This document shows positions 8,050-16,517 of a stretch of 37,834 nucleotides of DNA, piece after piece; position 1 is the first letter of the stretch, and each line of letters begins with the position of its first letter. A program made the translations under genes and the position numbers. Under the pieces are notes generated by a model. It was not told where the DNA came from and searched no databases. It saw only the letters and a list, made by a program, of their open reading frames with translations. Source of the stretch: a bacterium (lineage in GTDB: Bacteria; Bacteroidota; Ignavibacteria; Kapaibacteriales; UBA961); assembly GCA_046093685.1 (NCBI GenBank), contig JBJTFZ010000180.1:1-37834 (forward strand), written 5' to 3'.

Positions 8050-8963
8050 CGCAATGCTTGTGAAATAGTTGATACATTATGTTTAATCATGCCGACATAT
8101 GTTCCGGCTTTTGTTCCCGGAGAGTCCAGAGCATCAGCATAGAGATTACCGCCGATGCTCACATTGCCACCACGAGAACGCACATTGTGAAGTAATGATT
8201 CCATTGATCTTGGTGCAATGGACATTTCCACAAAAATGGAAGGAATGTCGGAATGGATGATGATGTCACCTATGCGCTGCAAATCATTCATCCCAAAATC
8301 ACTAAGCGTGGACATCCCCTGCAAACCAACAACATTGACTCCGTATGCATCACCGAAATAACCAAATGCATCATGAGCTGTGATGAGAATTCTCCGCTTT
8401 TTCGGAATCAGTTCTATCAAGGAATCTGTTGTTTGATGCAAAGTATACAAACGGTGTAGATAATCATTGATGCGTTGTTCATTCTTTGAAATCAAGGAAG
8501 GATATCGGTCTTTTACCTTATTCAATACTCCCTTGAGTGAAGTGCTCCATAATTTCACATCAAACCAAAGATGAGGGTCATGCGCACCATCAATCAATCG
8601 AAGTCGCTCTTTCGGAAGTTGATCGGACATTGCAAGTATGAACTTCTTTTTTGACAACTTGTGCAATACCTCGGTCATTTTACCTTCGAGATGAAGTCCA
8701 TTGTGAATGATGATATCCGCATTCATCAATAGTGAAACATCGCCTGCCGTTGCTTTGTACAGATGTGGATCCACACCGGGTTTCATGAGTACATCAATCA
8801 CTGCGGATGTATCCAGACATGATCGAAGCACATCGCCGATGATGCCGGTTGTTGCAACAATCCGGATTTTCCCGTTTTGCTTGTTTTGGGCACAATTCAT
8901 CAACCCCAAAGACAATGTCAGGAAGAAGAAAGTACTGATGATATGGCGAAAAACAATGCGCAT
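8046..8963 (-). CDS. Metal (Mn/Zn/Fe) ABC transporter substrate-binding lipoprotein, TroA/ZnuA/MntC cluster A-I family
   Basis: Lipobox LGLMNC. Metal-ligand motifs in family positions: GVDPHLY, AHDPHLWFD, ITAHDAFGYF (TroA-like His) and LYADAL. No His-rich loop. Confidence 0.85.
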   Translation of the reverse strand: MRIVFRHIISTFFFLTLSLGLMNCAQNKQNGKIRIVATTGIIGDVLRSCLDTSAVIDVLMKPGVDPHLYKATAGDVSLLMNADIIIHNGLHLEGKMTEVLHKLSKKKFILAMSDQLPKERLRLIDGAHDPHLWFDVKLWSTSLKGVLNKVKDRYPSLISKNEQRINDYLHRLYTLHQTTDSLIELIPKKRRILITAHDAFGYFGDAYGVNVVGLQGMSTLSDFGMNDLQRIGDIIIHSDIPSIFVEMSIAPRSMESLLHNVRSRGGNVSIGGNLYADALDSPGTKAGTYVGMIKHNVSTISQALR

Positions 8964-8988
8964 GAAAACAACAAAAGAATTGAATGGT

Positions 8989-8996
8989 CAAAAATA
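8989..8996 (-). promoter_or_regulatory. Candidate -7 promoter box (TATTTTTG, matches TAnnTTTG) for the metal SBP-pdxH unit
   Basis: The reverse complement of CAAAAATA at 8989-8996 is TATTTTTG, 26 nt upstream of the ATG at 8963. Confidence 0.35.
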
Positions 8997-9060
8997 TCAT
9001 TATTTACCGTTGAAACGGCTTCCACAAAGGAAAAGTCCCGAAGCAGACATAGGAGTTTTG

Positions 9061-9068
9061 TAAATTTG
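9061..9068 (+). promoter_or_regulatory. Candidate -7 promoter box (TAAATTTG, matches TAnnTTTG) for the ybbR-like/dnaG/M28 unit
   Basis: Exact TAnnTTTG match 31 nt upstream of the ATG at 9099. It is divergent from the box at 8989-8996. Confidence 0.35.
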
Positions 9069-9098
9069 CAGGCAATCATCCATTTGATTTAAAGGTTC

Positions 9099-10043
9099 AT
9101 GACAAACAAACCCTCAATAATGCCCATTCTTCTTTCCATTGTGCTGGCACTGGGTTTATGGGGTTATGTAAGCATGACAATGCCGACAACCGTGTATGTC
9201 ACCTATCCATTGGTATTGGATTTACCCGAGGAACGCTCTCTTGAAGTGGAGCCACCCTCGTCAATCTCGGTAAAATTGCGTACTTCCGGATGGCAATTGT
9301 TGTATATGCAATATTTCAGTTCAGGAAAGGAATGTAGGATTGATTTAAGCAAAACCAAAATCACATCGGACGGTCTTGTAGAACTTACAAAAACAGATTT
9401 ACTTCAAGGTATAACGCCAACCGTGAGTTTGGAAAAAGTGGTGGAATTGTTGCCTGAATCAATTTCTTTGAAGACCGGCATGCTGTTCAGGCAAACAGTT
9501 CCTGTGAAATCACGAGTGTCAATCAATCCCGGAAAGGGTTATATGCTTGTCGGCAAAATCAAAGTGGAGCCTGATAGCATCGTGATTCGTGGCAATTCAT
9601 CAATCATACCCACATTGAGAAGTTGGGCCACAAAGAACATAGCATTTTCCGATTTGACCGGTCCGTTTTCATTTACGGTGCCATTGCAGGACACACTTCA
9701 GAATCTAGTAACAAGTGCAATCAAAGAAGTCACCATTTCCGGTGACATACAACAGATAACCGAGATGACATATACTGACATTCCCATATCAATCGTTGGC
9801 GGTCCGGACAATGGAGAACACAGCATTGAACCCACGAGAATCACCGCCATTGTTCGCGGGGGTGTGAAGCGCATATCATCATTGAGTGCGGATGACATTA
9901 AAGCCGTGGTCTATTATCCGCAGTTGATTGAAGACTCATCCGGATATGTGACCCCGACATTCATCGTTCCCGCAGGTATTACAGTATTGGGAACAAATCC
10001 CACATTATTGAAACATCGATTAATCATTTCTCCCAATCGCTGA
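9099..10043 (+). CDS. YbbR-like domain-containing membrane-anchored protein
   Basis: N-terminal TM helix (IMPILLSIVLALGLWGYV). Repeated ~90-aa modules follow with YbbR-like patterns (VEPDSIVIRGNSSIIPTL...IAFSDLTG...TVPL; IEPTRITAIVRGGVKRISSLSADDIKAVV). The assignment is by pattern only. Confidence 0.55.
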   Translation: MTNKPSIMPILLSIVLALGLWGYVSMTMPTTVYVTYPLVLDLPEERSLEVEPPSSISVKLRTSGWQLLYMQYFSSGKECRIDLSKTKITSDGLVELTKTDLLQGITPTVSLEKVVELLPESISLKTGMLFRQTVPVKSRVSINPGKGYMLVGKIKVEPDSIVIRGNSSIIPTLRSWATKNIAFSDLTGPFSFTVPLQDTLQNLVTSAIKEVTISGDIQQITEMTYTDIPISIVGGPDNGEHSIEPTRITAIVRGGVKRISSLSADDIKAVVYYPQLIEDSSGYVTPTFIVPAGITVLGTNPTLLKHRLIISPNR

Positions 10044-10044
10044 C

Positions 10045-11952
10045 ATGTTGTATCCCGAACATCTTCTGGACGAAATACGCCATCGCACTGACATCGTTGA
10101 TTTAATCAGCGAATCTGTCACGCTTAAGCGTTCGGGCAAGGGATATTTGGGTTTATGCCCTTTCCATCCGGACAAAAAACCTTCAATGAATGTAAATCCG
10201 GAATTGGGGATTTTCAAGTGTTTTTCATGTGGGAAAGGTGGGAATGTATTTCATTATGCAATGTCCAAATTGGGCTTGACTTTCCCTGAAGCGATTCAAA
10301 TGCTCGCCAATAGAGCGGGTATTCCTTTGCCTGAAGATGAAATCAAAGATCCGGAAGCACAACAGAGATTCGCCAGAAGGGAATCGGCATATAAAGTGAT
10401 GGAAGAGGCTGAATCATATTTCAGAAAGCAATTAAAATCTTCTTCGGGACAATCCACTTATTCCTATTTTCTCAAAAGAGGATTTGATGATGAGATTCAA
10501 GAATTATTCGGTCTTGGATTTTCTCCCGATTCTTGGACACAGACATTGGAACATCTTTCCAAAGCCGGTTTTTCGGAACAAGCAATGGAAGATGCCGGAT
10601 TGATCCTTCGCAGAGAAAAAGACAATAGTGCATATGATCGATTTCGTGGACGCGCAATGTTCCCCATCCACGATCATTTGGGAAAAGTCATCGGCTTTGG
10701 TGCAAGAAGAATGCAAGAAGATGACAATCAACCCAAGTATATCAATTCACCTCAATCATTGATCTATGACAAGAGTCGAGTACTCTATGGTTTAGCACAA
10801 GCAAAGTCATCAATTCGATCTATAGGCCATGCACTGTTGACAGAAGGATATGCCGATACCATATCTCTCGTTCAAGCTGGATTCTCCAATACAGTGGCAA
10901 GCAGTGGAACCGCACTCACTCACGAGCAATTGCAATTGCTGTCTCGGTATACAAAAAAGATATTCATCGTATATGACGGTGATTCGGCTGGAGAGCAAGC
11001 GGCATTACGCGGACTTGAACTTGCAATAGAACAAGGTTTTGATGTTCGGCTGATTGCTTTGCCCGATGGAGAAGATCCCGACAGTTTCGTGAGGAATCGT
11101 GGGCCTGAGGCTTTTCGAAGATCAATTGAACAAGCATTGACCATCATTCAATTTTCAATCGAATCTTTTAGAAAACAAGGACTCTTGGATAGTCCTGCAG
11201 AAAAAGCAAAATGCATTCGATCTTTGATTGAAACGGTCGCAAAAATACCCGATGTCCTTCAACATGATTTTTATATTCAAAATATTGCTGACTCTTTGCA
11301 TCTAAGCCATGGACAACTTTCGCATGTCTATGATGAATTGCGAAAAGTTCGTCAGCCAAACAATAATTTCAATCGGAATGCAAAGTCGCTTCAGCGAATA
11401 ACGAAAGATATTGATTCATCAGGCAATCAGAGTGAAGCTCAGCCATTGCAGCAATCGCGCGTTTTGCCCGAGGAAAAAGAGATTCTTCATCTTGCTTTGA
11501 CACATGAACCTTCTCTGAAAACACTATGTGTGAAATTGAATATCACAAAGCAAGCTTTTCTCACTGAAATGGCTGCCAAATTATATGAAGAAATCATCTT
11601 GGCATTTGTCAATCATGGATCTCGACCTCCCTATGTGGTTTTGTCCGAACGGAATGATCTCGATGAAGATGTTCGTGAATTACTCATGGAAATCCTTTTT
11701 GGAAAAATTGTTCTGAGCGCTAATTGGTCGAATTTCAAGGTACGCATTCCTGAAAATGTAGAAGAAAGACTTCTGATTGAATCATTGGCATCCCTACGAT
11801 TGAAACATTTGGAACTTGAACTCCAAGAGCTCCAAAGAAGATTGCAAATGCAGGTTTCTCAGGAAGAAGAAACACAGATTTTGTCGAAGATAAAAGTGTT
11901 GATCAAAGAGCGACACGATATCCCACAGAAATTTCATACTTCAAAGTTGTAA
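10045..11952 (+). CDS. dnaG: DNA primase
   Basis: CHC2 zinc finger CPFHPDKKPSMNVNPELGIFKCFSCGKGGN. Toprim motifs LTEGYADTISL, VYDGDSAGEQAA and DGEDPDSF. The gene starts 1 nt after the upstream stop. Confidence 0.92.
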   Translation: MLYPEHLLDEIRHRTDIVDLISESVTLKRSGKGYLGLCPFHPDKKPSMNVNPELGIFKCFSCGKGGNVFHYAMSKLGLTFPEAIQMLANRAGIPLPEDEIKDPEAQQRFARRESAYKVMEEAESYFRKQLKSSSGQSTYSYFLKRGFDDEIQELFGLGFSPDSWTQTLEHLSKAGFSEQAMEDAGLILRREKDNSAYDRFRGRAMFPIHDHLGKVIGFGARRMQEDDNQPKYINSPQSLIYDKSRVLYGLAQAKSSIRSIGHALLTEGYADTISLVQAGFSNTVASSGTALTHEQLQLLSRYTKKIFIVYDGDSAGEQAALRGLELAIEQGFDVRLIALPDGEDPDSFVRNRGPEAFRRSIEQALTIIQFSIESFRKQGLLDSPAEKAKCIRSLIETVAKIPDVLQHDFYIQNIADSLHLSHGQLSHVYDELRKVRQPNNNFNRNAKSLQRITKDIDSSGNQSEAQPLQQSRVLPEEKEILHLALTHEPSLKTLCVKLNITKQAFLTEMAAKLYEEIILAFVNHGSRPPYVVLSERNDLDEDVRELLMEILFGKIVLSANWSNFKVRIPENVEERLLIESLASLRLKHLELELQELQRRLQMQVSQEEETQILSKIKVLIKERHDIPQKFHTSKL

Positions 11953-11956
11953 TGTC

Positions 11957-13546
11957 ATGAATACATTGTTTGTTTATATCCTTTTTATTTGTTCTCTGAC
12001 GATTTCAATCATGCATGCGGAAGGTCCGACTATTTCCCTTCCTGAATTATCTCTCTCGAGAGCAAAAACCCATATCGGAAAACTTGCATCCGATGAAATG
12101 ATGGGAAGAAATACGCCCAGTCAGGAATTGGAAAATGCGGCTGACTATATCATCAGTGAGTTCAAAGGAATGGGGCTCCTTCCCGTGAATGGTTCTTATG
12201 TTCATTCATATACACTGGAAAGACTCCATCTTGACAAACCCACGATATTGCAAGTCAAAAAGGGTTTCATGCTTGATGAAATGAAATTAAAAGACGATTT
12301 CGTTCCATTTGAATATTCCGGATCGGGAATTGCTCAATATGCTCAACTTGCATTCGTAGGTTATGGAATCACCGCAACAGAATACAAGTATGATGATTAT
12401 ACAAATCTGGATGTTAAAGGAAAAGTTGTGGTCATTCTCCGCGGTGAGCCTCAAATGGAAAATGAAAACAGCATATTCGATGGCAAGAAATTCACAAAAT
12501 ATTCACGCATGCAATCAAAAATCAAGAATGCAGCAGAGCGTGGAGCTGTCGGTGTGATCGTACTGTCTGCTCCTTTGAATACATTGAAAATTCGACCCAT
12601 GGCATATCCATGGCCTTCGCTATATCCAAATATGCCTGCTGATGCACTTCCTTTATCGAGAAAAAAAGCAGATGCACCCAATCTGCCAGTTGTGAGTGCA
12701 GGCGAGCGTTTTGCCGAGCTTGTCTTTGGCTCAATTGATACATTGAAAGCATGGCAAAAGAACATAGATTCATTGCTTGTGACGCAGTCACGAATTCTAC
12801 CTGACATCGAGATATTATCATTTCAAACTTCTCTGCGCTCAGAAAAAGTTGAGGTGAAGAATGTCATGGGAATGATAAAAGGGGATGAACTTCCGGATGA
12901 ATATTTGGTGATCGGAGCCCATTATGATCATGTTGGTTCATCAAGACCCAATGATCCTGCAAAGGATTCTATATTTAATGGTGCCGATGACAATGCCAGT
13001 GGGACAACAGGAATGATGGTTGCTGCCGAGGCATTGGCGAATGCTCCCGATAAGCCAAAGCGATCCATCGTTTTTGTGGGATTTTCAGGTGAGGAAAAAG
13101 GTTTGCTTGGTTCCAAAGCATTTGTGGATTCATCACCATTGCCAATCGCAAATTGCGTGGCAATGTTGAATATGGACATGATAGGACGCAGCCTCAATGA
13201 CACATTATACATCGGCGGAAACACTCGATGCAAAGAATTGGCTAATCTCAATGCAGAAATGAATAGAACATTGTTTGAATCAGATTCTATGCATTTATCC
13301 TATACGATTGAACAGTACTTTTTCAGAAGTGATCAAGCAAGTTTTGCTATGAAAAGAATTCCGGTATTGTTCTATTATACCGGTGAACATGAAGATTATC
13401 ACAAAGTGAGTGATGAGATAAGCAAATTGGATATGGACAGATTGGTGAAAATTGCCACGCTGTGTTCCCATACCGCATGGGCTACTGCCGATTTGCCAAT
13501 GAGACTGCCTTTCACTCCCCTTCCCGGCGATGATTTGAGTGATTGA
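11957..13546 (+). CDS. Secreted M28-family aminopeptidase with PA (protease-associated) domain
   Basis: Signal peptide MNTLFVYILFICSLTISIMHA. PA-like GKVVVILRGE. M28 zinc and catalytic motifs GAHYDHVG, GADDNASGTTGMM, FSGEEKGLLGS and NMDMIGR. Confidence 0.85.
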   Translation: MNTLFVYILFICSLTISIMHAEGPTISLPELSLSRAKTHIGKLASDEMMGRNTPSQELENAADYIISEFKGMGLLPVNGSYVHSYTLERLHLDKPTILQVKKGFMLDEMKLKDDFVPFEYSGSGIAQYAQLAFVGYGITATEYKYDDYTNLDVKGKVVVILRGEPQMENENSIFDGKKFTKYSRMQSKIKNAAERGAVGVIVLSAPLNTLKIRPMAYPWPSLYPNMPADALPLSRKKADAPNLPVVSAGERFAELVFGSIDTLKAWQKNIDSLLVTQSRILPDIEILSFQTSLRSEKVEVKNVMGMIKGDELPDEYLVIGAHYDHVGSSRPNDPAKDSIFNGADDNASGTTGMMVAAEALANAPDKPKRSIVFVGFSGEEKGLLGSKAFVDSSPLPIANCVAMLNMDMIGRSLNDTLYIGGNTRCKELANLNAEMNRTLFESDSMHLSYTIEQYFFRSDQASFAMKRIPVLFYYTGEHEDYHKVSDEISKLDMDRLVKIATLCSHTAWATADLPMRLPFTPLPGDDLSD

Positions 13547-14861
13547 TGAAGATGCCTCTGTGCTCAAGAGCATTTACCGCTTCATCGGCAAGGTAAAATG
13601 ATCCGGTGATCAAAACACTATTACCGGAAGCCAATGCGGAATTCACGGCATCTTCAACTGATGAATGCACCATGGCATGAATTGATGTTTCAATTGCCAT
13701 GGAATATAATTCATCGCTTGGCATTGCTCTTTCGATATTTGGCGAACAACAATGTAGAACCCTCGTCATTGGCGACAATATCTCAAGCATCTCTTTTATA
13801 GGTTTATCCTTCATCGCACCAAATACTATTTCCCATTTCTCATGAGTATGGCCACAAGCATGAAGAGTTTCTTTCAAACGCTTCAGACATGCAACATTAT
13901 GCCCCACATCCAAAACAATGAGTGGATCATTGTTTACCTGTTGAATCCTCCCAAGAATGCCCGTCATGGAGGCGCAAGAAGCAATGCCTTTTCTCAATGA
14001 TTGATCATCAATCTTCAAAACATCTTCTAATTGCTTCAATGTAAGTAGCGTTGTCATGATGTTTCTTGCTTGATGCATACCCACACGGTCTGAATGCAAT
14101 CCATGATATTGCACACCTTTGATGAGGCAATCAATGTCCATTGTGAAGTCAGTGCGCATACGGATATCCGTCAGTTCACACAGTTCATTCACTACCGCAA
14201 TAGGCCCTGCTTCTACAAAAGAAGCTTTTGATTTGAACAGATCAATGAGTGCGCTTCGTTCTTCGCCGATAATCACAGGACTTCCCTTTTTGAAAATCCC
14301 TGCTTTTTCACCCGCAATCGTTTCCAAATCATTTCCAAGATATTCCGTATGATCAAAGTCTATCGAAGTGATCACAGTGGCCAATGGATGTTGAATCACA
14401 TTCGTTGCATCAAGTCTTCCACCCATACCCGTTTCGATAATTGCAAAGTCAACCTTTTGTTCAGCAAAATACAAGAAAGCCATTGCTGTGGTTACTTCAA
14501 AGAATGTGGTGTGCTCTCTTTGTATCTCTTCCATCATTCGCTCCGCCAATGATGAGATTTCCTCATCGGTTATCATATCCCCATTGATTCTGATGCGTTC
14601 ATTAAATATGCGAACATGCGGAGAAGTATAAAGTCCGACGCGATATCCCGCTGATTGCAGAATTGCTGCAAGAAGTGAGCAGACGGATCCTTTACCATTT
14701 GTACCGGCAACATGAATGCATTTAAGCGATTCATGCGGATTACCCAAAAAGTTCAATAAAGATGCAATACGCTCCAAACCCGGCTTGATACCGAATCTGT
14801 GCAATGAGAACAGGAAATCAAGCAATTCCTGCATTGATGATGTATGTGATGAGGCATTCAT
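13512..14861 (-). CDS. folC: Bifunctional folylpolyglutamate synthase / dihydrofolate synthase
   Basis: Mur-ligase P-loop HVAGTNGKGSV and ETGMGGRLDATN. FolC-like N-terminus MNASSHTSSMQELLDFLFSL from the ATG at 14861 (the track uses a TTG at 14873). The 3' end overlaps the convergent M28 gene by 35 nt. Confidence 0.9.
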   Translation of the reverse strand: MNASSHTSSMQELLDFLFSLHRFGIKPGLERIASLLNFLGNPHESLKCIHVAGTNGKGSVCSLLAAILQSAGYRVGLYTSPHVRIFNERIRINGDMITDEEISSLAERMMEEIQREHTTFFEVTTAMAFLYFAEQKVDFAIIETGMGGRLDATNVIQHPLATVITSIDFDHTEYLGNDLETIAGEKAGIFKKGSPVIIGEERSALIDLFKSKASFVEAGPIAVVNELCELTDIRMRTDFTMDIDCLIKGVQYHGLHSDRVGMHQARNIMTTLLTLKQLEDVLKIDDQSLRKGIASCASMTGILGRIQQVNNDPLIVLDVGHNVACLKRLKETLHACGHTHEKWEIVFGAMKDKPIKEMLEILSPMTRVLHCCSPNIERAMPSDELYSMAIETSIHAMVHSSVEDAVNSALASGNSVLITGSFYLADEAVNALEHRGIFINHSNHRREGE

Positions 14862-14911
14862 GATGAAAACCAACCTCTATTCGGGTGCATCAAGTGCGTA
14901 TATTTGCTAAG

Positions 14912-14944
14912 AAAAAAGCCGAAACACATGATGTATTTCGGCTT
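14912..14944 (-). terminator. Intrinsic (rho-independent) terminator immediately downstream of tRNA-Thr
   Basis: On the minus strand the sequence reads AAGCCGAAA-tacatcatgtg-TTTCGGCTT followed by a T run. That is a 7-9 bp stem, an 11-nt loop and a tail of 4-6 T. It starts directly after the encoded CCA of the tRNA. Confidence 0.6.
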
Positions 14945-15020
14945 TGGAGCCAACTATCGGACTTGAACCGATGACCTGCTGATTACAAGTCAGCTGCTCT
15001 ACCAGCTGAGCTAAGTTGGC
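14945..15020 (-). tRNA. tRNA-Thr (anticodon UGU), CCA encoded
   Basis: The minus strand reads GCCAACT-TA-GCTC-AGCTGGTA-GAGC-A-GCTGA-CTTGTAA-TCAGC-AGGTC-ATCGG-TTCAAGT-CCGAT-AGTTGGC-T-CCA. All four stems are fully paired, and the anticodon loop C-U-UGU-A-A gives Thr. Length 76 nt. Confidence 0.92.
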
Positions 15021-15088
15021 TTTGTCTCTCAAAAAAGAGAGAGCGAAATTAGAGAATTTTTTTCTTCAAGCAAAGTTTTTTTCGCGCC

Positions 15089-15769
15089 TTGTACATAAAC
15101 AATCATACTCATAGAGTCGGAAACATAGAGAAAAGGGCTAAAATCCTCCAAGTTTTCGCTTTGGACCCAATTTCCGAAGCAGATTTGGATTCGATTCCCG
15201 AAATCGTCCGGTCCGGACATGCATTCACGCTCGGACTGCATCCTCATTCCTTGGCACGAATGAATGTTCATGATGCAATCTCGATGATTCGTTCATATTC
15301 CGATCACATCATTGCGGTGGGAGAATGCGGACTCGATACATTTGTCTCAGTTGACAAAACAATACAAATCGATGCTTTCAGAGAACAAGCTCGTCTTGCG
15401 CAAGAAATTGACAAACCGCTCATAATCCATTGCGTGAGATCGCATGAAGATATTCTTCGCTTGCGCCGAGAGATCCGCCCAAACTTTCCATGGATCATTC
15501 ATGGATTCAATCGCAATCGAAACTTGGCGGAAAAACTTCTGGATGCAGGAATCTTATTGAGCATCGGAAAAGAGCTCATGGATGACAGACATCCCATCTG
15601 CGAGTATCTGTCCATCATGAAAGATATTCCCTTTTTTCTGGAGACCGATGGCAAAGACATCCCCATAGAGCAACTATATGAGCGATGTGCTTCATTGCTG
15701 AATCTTGATACAGAAGAATTAACTTGCCGTATTGCAACACATTTCAAACAGGTATATGGAACAATCTGA
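15089..15769 (+). CDS. TatD-family metal-dependent hydrolase/DNase
   Basis: 226 aa from a TTG start. Motifs in TatD order: NHTH, GLHPH, GECGLD, IIHCVRS, IIHGF, LETD. Confidence 0.8.
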   Translation: MYINNHTHRVGNIEKRAKILQVFALDPISEADLDSIPEIVRSGHAFTLGLHPHSLARMNVHDAISMIRSYSDHIIAVGECGLDTFVSVDKTIQIDAFREQARLAQEIDKPLIIHCVRSHEDILRLRREIRPNFPWIIHGFNRNRNLAEKLLDAGILLSIGKELMDDRHPICEYLSIMKDIPFFLETDGKDIPIEQLYERCASLLNLDTEELTCRIATHFKQVYGTI

Positions 15770-16517
15770 ATCAAGAGTACCGCATTGGAACAGTAGAACA
15801 TCCTTGCTATATGGAGAAGAAAAAATTGGATCACTCCTCGATAAACATGTCCTTGTCATAGGTCTGGGTGGCGTTGGTTCATTTGCCGCGGAATTCCTTG
15901 TACGAGGTGGAATTGGCGCGCTGACGATTGTGGATGGTGACACCGTGGACACCACGAATCGCAATCGCCAATTACCGGCGCTGATTTCCACGAATGGCAA
16001 ATGGAAAGCGGATGTCATGGCCGAGCGATTGCTTGACATCAATCCCGAATTGAAATTGACGGTTCACAAAACATTCATCGAAAGGGATATAGTGGATGAA
16101 TTGCTGGAAACTCCTTACGATTATGTTGTTGATTGCATTGATACCGTTGCTCCAAAAGTGAGTTTGCTCAAGAAAGCACATGCAAAGGGATATCCAATCG
16201 TAAGTTCAATGGGAGCGGGAGGGAAAACCGATCCAACAAAGATTGATATATGCGATATCAGCAAGGTGCATCATTGCAAACTTGCTCGATATGTAAAGAA
16301 GAGACTTCACAGAAGTGATATCAGGCATGGAATCATTGCCGTGTTTTCACCGGAGGAGGTTTCCGAACAAGCATTGGCATTGACTGAAAACACTCAAAAT
16401 AAAGTATCCTATTATGGAACCATCTCCTATATCCCCGCTTCCTTTGGCGCACATTGTGCATCAGTAGTCTTGCGTGGCCTGATTGGCGTGCTTCCACCAA
16501 TGAAGAGACGCAAATGA
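15756..16517 (+). CDS. tcdA: tRNA threonylcarbamoyladenosine dehydratase (ThiF/E1-like)
   Basis: HVLVIGLGGVGSFAAEFLVRGGIGALTIVDGDTVDTTNRNRQ is an E1-like Rossmann motif. ATG at 15756 (the track uses a TTG at 15732). The gene overlaps the tatD end by 14 nt. Confidence 0.85.
   Translation: MEQSESRVPHWNSRTSLLYGEEKIGSLLDKHVLVIGLGGVGSFAAEFLVRGGIGALTIVDGDTVDTTNRNRQLPALISTNGKWKADVMAERLLDINPELKLTVHKTFIERDIVDELLETPYDYVVDCIDTVAPKVSLLKKAHAKGYPIVSSMGAGGKTDPTKIDICDISKVHHCKLARYVKKRLHRSDIRHGIIAVFSPEEVSEQALALTENTQNKVSYYGTISYIPASFGAHCASVVLRGLIGVLPPMKRRK

Noticed and set aside
8992-9005. AAATATCATTATTT upstream of the metal SBP gene, containing ATCATTAT as in Fur/Zur-box half-sites
   Set aside because: Only a half-site-like match in very AT-rich DNA, with 5-bp arms. 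It overlaps the TATTTTTG promoter-like box, which explains most of the sequence. This is not enough to call an operator.
14945-15020. tRNA-Thr considered as a possible integration site for a genomic island
   Set aside because: There is no integrase, recombinase or other mobile-element gene on either side. I saw no second copy of the tRNA 3' end (attL/attR-type direct repeat). The flanking genes are housekeeping (folC, tatD).
15025-15042. Perfect hairpin TCTCTC-AAAAAA-GAGAGA directly 5' of the tRNA gene
   Set aside because: No gene ends here on either strand, so it is not a terminator. The stem is short (6 bp) and low-complexity. It may belong to the tRNA/tatD divergent promoter region, but I cannot support a function.
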